DNA of 64,000 nt from a bacterium (GTDB lineage Bacteria; Hinthialibacterota; Hinthialibacteria; Hinthialibacterales; Hinthialibacteraceae). The translations under genes and the position numbers were made by a program. Of the stretch, positions 9,688-18,546 are shown one piece after another (positions within the stretch are counted from its first letter, which is position 1; each line of letters starts with the position of its first letter). The stretch is from NCBI GenBank assembly GCA_963662285.2, contig CAXXMV010000002.1, positions 1,728,001-1,792,000 of the forward strand. Direction: 5' to 3'. The notes under the pieces are model-generated. The model saw nothing but the letters and a program-made list of their open reading frames with translations, was not told the DNA's origin and searched no databases.

Positions 9688-11651
9688 TGGAAAAACAAAT
9701 TGAGAAGCCAAAATCTCATATTATAGGATTTGCGCGACTACTTCTTATTTTAGGATTGAGTTCAGTGCTGGCCATGGTCGTTATGATCTGGTGGACCATT
9801 TCAACTATTAACAATGATCGGGAAATCAGCGATGCCTTAAAAAAAGAGGTCACAGTCCTAATCAGGGAATTCGATCAATATATTGATAACGGAGATAAAG
9901 AAATCCGGGGATTTCTTGAAGGAAAATGCAATATTAAAAAGGGTCGAACCTGGATCGACTATATGGGATTCGCTTCTAATAACTTTATTAAATCAATAAA
10001 TGAATTAGATTTATCCATTGAATTTATTAATACTGACCAATACTTGAATCAACTCAAAGAACTGCGCCGGAACTGCATCGATTGGTGTAATCATAAAAAA
10101 ATCATCGATGAAAATTCACCAGCAGCCATCATGAAATTAAAAGCCTCTTTGCATCAGCTGCAAGTGGCGGTAAAAGGGGTCGAAGGTCAGCAAAAACTTC
10201 AACTTGCTGTACTTATTCGTGATTTCCAACAAGCGGATAGCAATCAATCAGATCAATTTGCGCATAATGTCATTAAGCAAATCCGTTCTGGCGCCAACTT
10301 GATGAAAATCCAGGATGAACTCTACGATCTCAGTATTCTGATTGAGCATCTTTTTAATGAAAACCAACTGGATTATCTCATTGATTATAAAGATAACCAA
10401 TTCAAACCAGTGTTAGAGCGCCTGAGAAGTAATGTATTAAAATGGGATCAAACCAAAGACGATTCTCAGCCATTCTTTTCCACATTATTAAAGAACATTG
10501 AGACCGATTTATTTGGAGAAGGCGTCAAGTTTGATAACGCCCACCAGACCATCATTCCCGGACAGGGAGGCTTTTATTATTATATCAAAGAGAATTTGGC
10601 AATTAATCAAATGAACATTTTCTTGCAAAAACAGATATTAGAATCATTCAAGAATATGAGAGATGCACAACAACAACTGGATATCGCATACCAGAATTAC
10701 ATGCTTCAACTGACTCTTCAAAATGAAAAAGCGTTTAATAATACCTGGCATTTGATGTTATTCTTAAGTTTGATTATTTCCGCCATCTTCGTATTTCTGG
10801 CATTGTCCATCATAAACTCGGTTAAGACCCAGGTCGCTATCATCGAATCGACCAACGAAGCTTTGGACAACCATATTCATGAACTGGGTATTGTCAACAA
10901 TGATCTTCATATTCAAAACGAAAAGAGAGAAAAAGCTGAAAAAGCCTTGCTCAAAAGTGAAGAATATTACCGTAGTCTTTATGAGACCAGCCGTGATGGA
11001 ATAGTCTACGTCGATTTAAATGGCTACATCCTGGACGCTAATCAGGCGTATTTAAATATGTTTGGATACAGTTTAAACGAGATTTATAACAAAAGATATA
11101 TGGATTTTACTCCCCAAAAATGGGTTACATATGAAAATGAGATAATACAAAAGCAAGTACTTGAAAGAGGATATTCCGAAGAGTTCGAGAAAGAGTCGTT
11201 TCATGAAAATGGAACCCTGGTTCCATTAATGGTTCGCGCCTGGCTGGTTAAAGATGATCAAGGTCAACCGGTTCGCATGTTGCGGTTGGTGCGTGATATT
11301 ACTGAACAAAAGCGCCTGGAACACCAACTAAGAAATTCCATGTTGGATGCCGAGCGCCATAATGTCATGATTGAGAGTTTCGGCGCGGTATGCCATCACC
11401 TCAGCCAACCGCTTACTGCTCTCTTCGGCAATCTGTCTCTCTTGCAAATTAAGGTGGAAAAAATTGGTAACGCTGATCTTGGAGTATATTATCAAAATTG
11501 CCTGGATGCCGTTGACCGCATGTCTTCTCTTCTCCAAAAGTTGCAGAAAGTTCAGGATTATAAAACCTTGTCCTATACCCAATTGACTGACATTATCGAT
11601 ATCGATGATCAAGTCAATTATCATGATCAGTCGGATGATGACAATACATGA
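9684..11651 (+). CDS. Membrane sensor: periplasmic domain, PAS, HisKA-like helix, no HATPase domain
   Basis: Two TM segments; PAS (DGIVYVD..NQAYLNMFGYS..RDITEQKR); H-box AVCHHLSQPLT; protein ends about 80 aa later. Confidence 0.8.
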   Translation: MMEKQIEKPKSHIIGFARLLLILGLSSVLAMVVMIWWTISTINNDREISDALKKEVTVLIREFDQYIDNGDKEIRGFLEGKCNIKKGRTWIDYMGFASNNFIKSINELDLSIEFINTDQYLNQLKELRRNCIDWCNHKKIIDENSPAAIMKLKASLHQLQVAVKGVEGQQKLQLAVLIRDFQQADSNQSDQFAHNVIKQIRSGANLMKIQDELYDLSILIEHLFNENQLDYLIDYKDNQFKPVLERLRSNVLKWDQTKDDSQPFFSTLLKNIETDLFGEGVKFDNAHQTIIPGQGGFYYYIKENLAINQMNIFLQKQILESFKNMRDAQQQLDIAYQNYMLQLTLQNEKAFNNTWHLMLFLSLIISAIFVFLALSIINSVKTQVAIIESTNEALDNHIHELGIVNNDLHIQNEKREKAEKALLKSEEYYRSLYETSRDGIVYVDLNGYILDANQAYLNMFGYSLNEIYNKRYMDFTPQKWVTYENEIIQKQVLERGYSEEFEKESFHENGTLVPLMVRAWLVKDDQGQPVRMLRLVRDITEQKRLEHQLRNSMLDAERHNVMIESFGAVCHHLSQPLTALFGNLSLLQIKVEKIGNADLGVYYQNCLDAVDRMSSLLQKLQKVQDYKTLSYTQLTDIIDIDDQVNYHDQSDDDNT

Positions 11652-11794
11652 GACTTGCAAGCCCTGGATTAATTCAAAATCACATCTTTTAGGAACTTTG
11701 AACTGCTGCTTTAATATATCGCATATCTGGAATCGTTCTGAGTTAATTATTTTATAACCTTGCTCTCAAAATAAATGCTTCATCGATCCGTACT

Positions 11795-13264
11795 ATGAAC
11801 CTGACCTTCGTTAACCGCTTCAGTATTCGAACAAAGTTAATTCTCTCAATGAGCATTATTCTATTTGTAGCCTTTTCATTGACCAATATCGTCAATTATC
11901 AAGTCGCCAAAACTTCTTTGCATAATTCTCTGGTTGGTGATTCGCTCCCCCTGATCAGCAATAACATCTACTCCCAGTTCCAAAATGACCTGATGCGTCC
12001 CACTCATGTCTCTTCCTTGATGGCGCATGATACTTTCGTTAAGGATTGGGTGCTGCAAGGAGAGCAGAATATTGAAGAAATCAGCAAGTATCTTAAGGAA
12101 ATTAAAGATAAATTCAATTTCGTCTCAACTTTTTTAATCTCTACCAAAACTAGAAAATACTATTTTCCAGATGGCATCCACAAGATCATAAATGAAAATG
12201 ATGCGCATGACGTCTGGTATTTTGATTTCCTCAAACTGGATGTGGATATTGATTTGGACGTCGATGAAGATCAGACCAGAAACAATGTACTGACTATCTT
12301 CATCAACCACCGGATGGTTGATCTACAAGGTAATATTATTGGCGTGATCGGCGTTGGTCTTAGTCTGGATAAAATTGTTGATTTATTTACTTCATACAAA
12401 GAGGAGTTTGGCCGGGATATATATTTAGTTGACGCCGCAGGCGTTATTGAGGTTCACTCGGATATTGCGCTAATGCGGGAAAGAAATATCCATAATTTGC
12501 CAGGCATAAATGATTTCGCCGACTATATCATCTCTAATCAAACCGGTCTAACCGCTTTTGAATTTAACCGGGATGGCAAACACTTCGTTGCCGCATCACG
12601 TTACATATCTGAAATCCAAAGATATTTAATCATTGAACACGATGAGACGGAAACCCTATCTGAAATCAAGAGTAATCTTGTCTTGAATCTGCTTTTTGGT
12701 TTTTTCATAACTTGCACGATTATTCTGATTAATATTTTCACTGTTAATTATTTTCAATCCAAACTAGTGATCCTGGCAACAACCGATCCCCTGACCGGCG
12801 CTTTAAATCGCAAGGTTTTCCATGAAAAGGCGAATACCGAATTTAATCGATCACAGCGCTATAAAAAATCCATGTCCGTCTTGATGATGGATATGGATAA
12901 TTTCAAGAACATCAATGATACTCACGGACACATGATAGGAGATATGATCCTTAAGGCCGTGGTTGATGAATGCTTGCGCAATTTACGGACTCCTGACGTG
13001 TTCGCCCGTATAGGTGGTGAAGAATTCGCCGCTATATTGGTTGAAACCAATTGCGAAGAAGCGGTAATGGTTTCAGAACGGCTCAGAAAATCTATCGCCG
13101 GATTGGAAATATTAAATGGCCTTCAACCGGTTAAATTCACCGTCAGCATCGGGGTGACTTACCTCCAATCTTCCGATGATAATTTCGAACAACTCCTGCA
13201 ACGCTCCGATAAAGCGCTATATATAGCTAAGGATAAAGGCCGAAATCGAGTTGAGCAGTTATAG
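11795..13264 (+). CDS. Cache-type sensor diguanylate cyclase
   Basis: Two TM segments; TDPLTGALNR, DMDNFKNINDTHGH, RTPD I-site, GGEEF, KDKGRN. Confidence 0.93.
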   Translation: MNLTFVNRFSIRTKLILSMSIILFVAFSLTNIVNYQVAKTSLHNSLVGDSLPLISNNIYSQFQNDLMRPTHVSSLMAHDTFVKDWVLQGEQNIEEISKYLKEIKDKFNFVSTFLISTKTRKYYFPDGIHKIINENDAHDVWYFDFLKLDVDIDLDVDEDQTRNNVLTIFINHRMVDLQGNIIGVIGVGLSLDKIVDLFTSYKEEFGRDIYLVDAAGVIEVHSDIALMRERNIHNLPGINDFADYIISNQTGLTAFEFNRDGKHFVAASRYISEIQRYLIIEHDETETLSEIKSNLVLNLLFGFFITCTIILINIFTVNYFQSKLVILATTDPLTGALNRKVFHEKANTEFNRSQRYKKSMSVLMMDMDNFKNINDTHGHMIGDMILKAVVDECLRNLRTPDVFARIGGEEFAAILVETNCEEAVMVSERLRKSIAGLEILNGLQPVKFTVSIGVTYLQSSDDNFEQLLQRSDKALYIAKDKGRNRVEQL

Positions 13265-13408
13265 GGTTATTCTTATCTACTCTTCTAACAAAATTATTTA
13301 ACCGTCAGACTAAACCCCCTCCAATATTCCTACGTTTTCTATTTATGGCATCAATATTGAACTAATTCTACTCTTCATGCGTTCAATAATATAAAGGTAA
13401 ATTACACC

Positions 13409-14704
13409 ATGAAAAAAATATTAGTTTTTGCTTTGCTATTAGTAATCGGGATTTATTTCGGCCTGCATTATTTAATTAACCAATGGGTTCGTGGACAATA
13501 TACGCCGGAAAACTATGCGGTGATGAGAGAATGTCTGGACAATACTTTGGATGTCCCGCCTGAGTGGTTTGCAGATACAGATTACGATCAGGGACTGATT
13601 CAACAGAGCAATGATCTGAGTATTATCTATCAAAATCTTGATCTGCAAAAATATGCTTTTGATATTATTACAAAAATTCTGAAGGGCGATGCAATCAGCC
13701 AAGAGCAATGGGATGTTATACATCAAGATGTTGAATCGATGAGGGCTTATACTGATAAATTAATGGCTTATACCAAAAGGCCGGATTATGAATTATCCGC
13801 TTTAGCGGAAATCCCTTCGTATTATAGCGCATCCCGGTCACCCAATTATTTAATGCTGCAAATCGCTTCAAAGGCGCTGCAATTACGGACTTATTCCGCA
13901 GCCAAATCCGGGCAGTGGCGCGACGCTTTCCAAGCCAACCTGGCTTCGCACCGTATGGCGCAGCGCCGTCCTGCTATTGATTTGATTGCTCATTTGATAG
14001 CAGCGGCGATTCAAGAGATGTCATGCTACAGCACTGCATGGTTGATGAAGCGTTGTGATGATGAGGTGGTTCTGCGTGAGGCGTTAGAAGAATTAAAATT
14101 ACTTGATAAAAAAGTAAACCTCAATGTGCTGGATAAGATATTGGAACTAACTATCATTAACAGATTGCATTGGGTCAAAAAAGATAATCCAGATATCGAT
14201 ATGACTCCTGGAAAAACAGGCTATTTTTATTTCCAACAACTGAGTAGTTCATGCTTGGCGGAAATGAAGATGATGCAAAAACAACATAACATCCAAACCA
14301 ATCTTCCATCAGCAGAAGTATTATCTATATGGAAAGCCATCGGATTTGAAAAACAGGTTACTGAGATGTTATTCAGCGTCTCTATGCCAAATATACTTAA
14401 TGCCCGATTCCGCGAGAAAAACGCCACCGCAAGATACCAGGTCACGCTTCTATATCTGGCCTCGAAATTATACCAGATAAATAAGGGCGAACATCCCCAA
14501 AAATTCAATGATCTTATGCCAGATTATTTCGATGCGGAGATATATGATCCATTCGTTGAAGACGGCGTCACAAAACCCTACGCCTTTGACGCCTCAAAGA
14601 AAATGTTCTACAGCATCGGACCCGATAAAAAGGATGACCTGAATAAAATACCGTATGATCCCAGTAATGGGCTAAGCAGCCGCGGCGATATATCTGCGTA
14701 TTAG
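13409..14704 (+). CDS. Membrane-anchored protein with C-terminal GspG/pilin-like head domain
   Basis: N-terminal TM; SMPNILNARFR...YDPF...YSIGPD...YDPSNGLSSRGDI matches the pilins at 36858 and 44773. Confidence 0.7.
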   Translation: MKKILVFALLLVIGIYFGLHYLINQWVRGQYTPENYAVMRECLDNTLDVPPEWFADTDYDQGLIQQSNDLSIIYQNLDLQKYAFDIITKILKGDAISQEQWDVIHQDVESMRAYTDKLMAYTKRPDYELSALAEIPSYYSASRSPNYLMLQIASKALQLRTYSAAKSGQWRDAFQANLASHRMAQRRPAIDLIAHLIAAAIQEMSCYSTAWLMKRCDDEVVLREALEELKLLDKKVNLNVLDKILELTIINRLHWVKKDNPDIDMTPGKTGYFYFQQLSSSCLAEMKMMQKQHNIQTNLPSAEVLSIWKAIGFEKQVTEMLFSVSMPNILNARFREKNATARYQVTLLYLASKLYQINKGEHPQKFNDLMPDYFDAEIYDPFVEDGVTKPYAFDASKKMFYSIGPDKKDDLNKIPYDPSNGLSSRGDISAY

Positions 14705-14707
14705 AAA

Positions 14708-15319
14708 TTAACTGCTGAAATAGGTCCAGGCATTGCGGATAAACAATACCGCAAACAGCAGAAGCAGACAGCCGATAATGCGGTTTACATAGATGAAGAG
14801 GTTGCTCTTCAAGAATTTTCTTGATCCGGCTGAAATTATTGCGATAATGAATTTGCCGCCTAATAATAGAAAATAGAAGATTACCAGGAACGCAACCGCA
14901 TAGATTAGATTAACCTGATACGCCCTCAAAAGGGTTGGACCAAGCACCGATAACCAGAACATATAAGGATTGGGGCTAAGAAAATTTGTAATGATTCCCT
15001 TGCGAAACGATTGAGGCGCGCAATCGCCGACAGTCAGTTCGGTTCCCTTGTAAGTGATATTCTCATATCCCAGATACAATAAGTATAATCCACCGCATAA
15101 CGAAATCACGCCCAGGATTATATCAAGATTCGATATACGTGATAAGATCAAAAGGCAGATAATGACTATGGGCAAATCAGTGATCAGCGGCGCCAGGGCA
15201 ACTTTAAGGCCTTCTTTTTTGCCATGCTTGATGGATTCGGACATGATGACTGTCATCAGCGGACCGGGGGAAAATCCGGCGCTGAGACCGCACACAATTG
15301 CTAGTGATATAAATTCCAT
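14708..15319 (-). CDS. LysE/RhtB family translocator
   Basis: SPGP motif, F.KGIITNFLSPNPY.FW, hydrophobic. Confidence 0.9.
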   Translation of the reverse strand: MEFISLAIVCGLSAGFSPGPLMTVIMSESIKHGKKEGLKVALAPLITDLPIVIICLLILSRISNLDIILGVISLCGGLYLLYLGYENITYKGTELTVGDCAPQSFRKGIITNFLSPNPYMFWLSVLGPTLLRAYQVNLIYAVAFLVIFYFLLLGGKFIIAIISAGSRKFLKSNLFIYVNRIIGCLLLLFAVLFIRNAWTYFSS

Positions 15320-15349
15320 GTTGTACTTTCTTTAGCGTGCTCTATGTTT

Positions 15350-15595
15350 TTAAGACGTGTGGCGCTGGTTCTTGAATCCCGATATTATCACGCAAAACCC
15401 GACCAAGGCCATTGCCGCGATATAACACCACTCTATCCAGGGAAGGTTGGAAAAATATTTCATCATGTTGTGGTACGAATATGAATAACCCGTTTCCTGA
15501 ACAGCCGCATACATAATCAATGTGTGATGCATAACCGGCAGCAGCAAACCCATAAACCAGATAATGGCGCCAGTGAGTATCTTTTTCTCATCCAT
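15350..15595 (-). CDS. Small two-TM membrane protein
   Basis: Start MDEKK after aaggag RBS; two hydrophobic segments. Confidence 0.6.
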   Translation of the reverse strand: MDEKKILTGAIIWFMGLLLPVMHHTLIMYAAVQETGYSYSYHNMMKYFSNLPWIEWCYIAAMALVGFCVIISGFKNQRHTS

Positions 15596-15782
15596 TATTG
15601 AAAACTCCTTTTGGAGAATGACAGCTGCTCTTGCTTGGGCAATGATAATCCATATAATCTTATTTTCCACTGCTGAGAACTATAAATCCGAATAAACTAT
15701 ATCCCTCTTCTCTATTCAAAAAAAGATATTATAGATTAATATCTCCTTATTGCTTATTTGCTATATCCAGGGAGGTTCAATC

Positions 15783-17513
15783 TTGCGAATCAATTACGTA
15801 TTACTGTGGTTAATAATTTTGTTATGTCCGGGCGTATGGTTGTCTTGCAGTAAAAGCGAAACCGGGAATTCAGGCGTCAAGGAAGCGAAACCACAGGTTA
15901 AATCCCGTGAGCCGGGATTCCATGACGTGCTCAATGAAACAGGCATTACTTTCGTGCATACCGACGGCAGCTGCGGCCGGCACTATCTGGTCGAGACGGT
16001 CACCGCCGGACTCGGTTTGTTCGATTACGACAACGACGGCGACCTTGATATATACTTCGCCAATGGCGCCGCGCTGCCCGGCAAGACCTTTGACGTCCCC
16101 CCCACCAACCAGCTATGGCGCAACGACGGCAACCTTAAATTTACTAATGTGACCCAAGAGGCTGGCGTAGGCGATACGGGATACGGCATGGGTTGCGTGA
16201 TGGGCGATTACAACAACGACGGCTTCATGGATATCTATAACTCCAATTTCCGGGAAGACGTGCTTTACAAAAACAACGGCGATGGAACTTTTACCGACGT
16301 CACCAAACAAGCCGGACTGGGCGATCCCCGGTTAGGAGCGGGTGCGCTGATGGGTGATTTCAACAAAGATGGCCTGCTCGATATATTCGTGGCCAATTAT
16401 CTTGAATGCCCCTTGGAAGAACCGGCGCCCTGCACCATCAATGGAGTGTCGACCTATTGCGATCCCAGCACCTGGGATATGTACGAACCTCTCAAAGACA
16501 GCCTCTATTTCAATAACGGCGACGGTACTTTCACCGACGTCAGCGAAAAATCGGGCATTGCTCAACACAGCGGTCGCGGTATGGGAGTAACAATGGGCGA
16601 CCATGATAACGACGGCGATACGGATATCTACATCGCCAATGACGTGACCGATAACTTTCTCTATGATAACCAGGGCGATGGAACTTTCGAACAAGTCGCC
16701 CTTTTCGCAGGCATCGCCTATGACCTGCACGGAGAAGAGCAGGGCAGCATGGGCTGCGACATCGGCGATTACGACGGCGACGGCTGGTATGACATCATCG
16801 TAACCAGTTACCAGGGGCAGCCCAATACTCTGTATCACAATATGAAGGACGGATCGTTCGAAGACGTCACCATCCCCGCCGGAGTGCTGCCCGGCAGCAT
16901 GAAATACGTCAGCTGGGCCTGCATGTTCTTCGATTACGATAACGACGGACATCGCGATATCTTCATCGCCAACGGACATCTGCAAGACCGCATCGAAGAG
17001 ATTGAACCGCATACCAAATATCTGGAACCCAATCAACTATTCCGTAATAAGGGAGATGGAACCTTTGAAGATATTTCCCAACAGGCTGGACCGGGCTTCC
17101 AGGTAGAACTCGCAACCCGTGGCGGGGCTAAGGGAGATATTGATAATGACGGCGACATTGATCTGGTGCTGTCGAACTCGCGCCGCGAACCGACTATCCT
17201 GCTCAACGAATTACAGAACGATAACCATTGGATTAATATCAAACTGCGTGGAACCAAAAGCAACCGTGATGGAGTTTCAGCCCGCGTCGAAGTTACCGCA
17301 GGCGGCAAAACCCAGGTCAACGAAGTCCGCGCAGGCAGCAGTTATCAAAGCCATTACGATCTAAGGCTGCATTATGGATTGGGCGAAGCAACTGTGATCG
17401 ATGATATAGTGGTCTATTGGCCTAGTGGACAGGTCGATGAATTCAGCAATGTGAAACCGGACCGCTTTGCGTTGATTATCGAAGGGGAGACGGAATTAAC
17501 TGAGCAGTTTTGA
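15783..17513 (+). CDS. CRTAC1 / FG-GAP repeat + ASPIC-UnbV protein, probable lipoprotein
   Basis: Repeated DYDNDGDLD and N.GDGTF.DV; C-terminal GSSYQS..LHYGLG..WPSG; LSC lipobox; TTG start after ggagg. Confidence 0.9.
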   Translation: MRINYVLLWLIILLCPGVWLSCSKSETGNSGVKEAKPQVKSREPGFHDVLNETGITFVHTDGSCGRHYLVETVTAGLGLFDYDNDGDLDIYFANGAALPGKTFDVPPTNQLWRNDGNLKFTNVTQEAGVGDTGYGMGCVMGDYNNDGFMDIYNSNFREDVLYKNNGDGTFTDVTKQAGLGDPRLGAGALMGDFNKDGLLDIFVANYLECPLEEPAPCTINGVSTYCDPSTWDMYEPLKDSLYFNNGDGTFTDVSEKSGIAQHSGRGMGVTMGDHDNDGDTDIYIANDVTDNFLYDNQGDGTFEQVALFAGIAYDLHGEEQGSMGCDIGDYDGDGWYDIIVTSYQGQPNTLYHNMKDGSFEDVTIPAGVLPGSMKYVSWACMFFDYDNDGHRDIFIANGHLQDRIEEIEPHTKYLEPNQLFRNKGDGTFEDISQQAGPGFQVELATRGGAKGDIDNDGDIDLVLSNSRREPTILLNELQNDNHWINIKLRGTKSNRDGVSARVEVTAGGKTQVNEVRAGSSYQSHYDLRLHYGLGEATVIDDIVVYWPSGQVDEFSNVKPDRFALIIEGETELTEQF

Positions 17514-17542
17514 TATTATTAAATACTACTTAGTATAAAATC

Positions 17543-17592
17543 AGGTGGCTTGATCAAGGGCTGAGCGCAATGCGCTCTTGCCCTTGGCACCC
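17543..17592 (+). repeat. Family A1 hairpin repeat
   Basis: aggtggcttgatcaagggctgagcgcaatgcgctcttgcccttggcaccc. Confidence 0.92.
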
Positions 17593-17659
17593 GTCGGCTC
17601 TTCAGGTGGCTTAGCTTATGCTTTTGTCGTGATCTTAAACTTAGGAGAATAATAAACAT

Positions 17660-18355
17660 ATGACAACACAACCCGAATTAGATGCTAAACCATCATTCAG
17701 ACCCAATGCGGCTGTATGCGTTTTCGGCATCCTGAGTTTCTTGCTGGTTGTAGCGGCCATCTTGCAGCGCTATACCGATTGGGGTCTCTCCACCAAGGTC
17801 TTTCTCATGGCTGGTTCGACGGCCTTCGTACTGACCGCAGCAGTCGGAGGAGCGTGGAAATCTCGTTATGGCATCCTGATTCTCATCGCCCTAATCCTAT
17901 GCTGGCTGGGTGATTTCTTCGGCCCTTGGAATTTCCTGCTGGGCGCCGGATTCTTTCTGATTGGGCATTTCGTCTTGATCGCGGCATTCATTGTTAATGG
18001 AATCGTGCGACAGCGTTTGTGGTATACCATTGACGGCATGTTCGTAGTTGGCGGAGGGTTGGCTTTTTGGATACTGCCCGAAGTTTTCCCCAACGAACAA
18101 TGGTTCGTTGCTTTATATATCACCTTTATTTCTTTGATGGTCGCCTTCGCTTGCGCAGCCAGGGGTCGGCTGGTCGTTAAATATCTGGCTGCGGGGGCGA
18201 TACTGTTCTTTATTTCTGATGTTCTGCTGGCGTTGAATCGTTATATGCAGATGAAGGTTGATTATACAATTTTCGGTTATCCGATTTATTACTCAGCCTG
18301 CATATTTTTTGCTATCAGCGTCGCCGCTTACCAATATGAAACAAATGATGGTTGA
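17660..18355 (+). CDS. YhhN / lysoplasmalogenase family membrane protein
   Basis: WLGD, FLIGH, GAILFFISDVLLA, YY motifs; multi-TM. Confidence 0.85.
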   Translation: MTTQPELDAKPSFRPNAAVCVFGILSFLLVVAAILQRYTDWGLSTKVFLMAGSTAFVLTAAVGGAWKSRYGILILIALILCWLGDFFGPWNFLLGAGFFLIGHFVLIAAFIVNGIVRQRLWYTIDGMFVVGGGLAFWILPEVFPNEQWFVALYITFISLMVAFACAARGRLVVKYLAAGAILFFISDVLLALNRYMQMKVDYTIFGYPIYYSACIFFAISVAAYQYETNDG

Positions 18356-18463
18356 TGCTTATGTTCAAAATATTGTTTTACTAAAAACTGCGTTAAATAT
18401 CAGTCATTGAAAATAAGTAAAAGGACATCCAATTTGTTTTTAGAATCGCTCTCACCTTGTAAT

Positions 18464-18513
18464 AGGTGGCTTGATCAAGGGCTGACCGCAATGCGGTCTT
18501 GCCCTTGCCACCC
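18464..18513 (+). repeat. Family A1 hairpin repeat
   Basis: aggtggcttgatcaagggctgaccgcaatgcggtcttgcccttgccaccc. Confidence 0.92.
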
Positions 18514-18546
18514 AGTCAGTGAATGTAAATGAAAGGAATTATTAGA

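Noticed and set aside
17543-18513. Family A as integron attC sites
   Set aside because: No RYYYAAC/GTTRRRY core sites, no integrase in the window, and orientation does not track gene direction.
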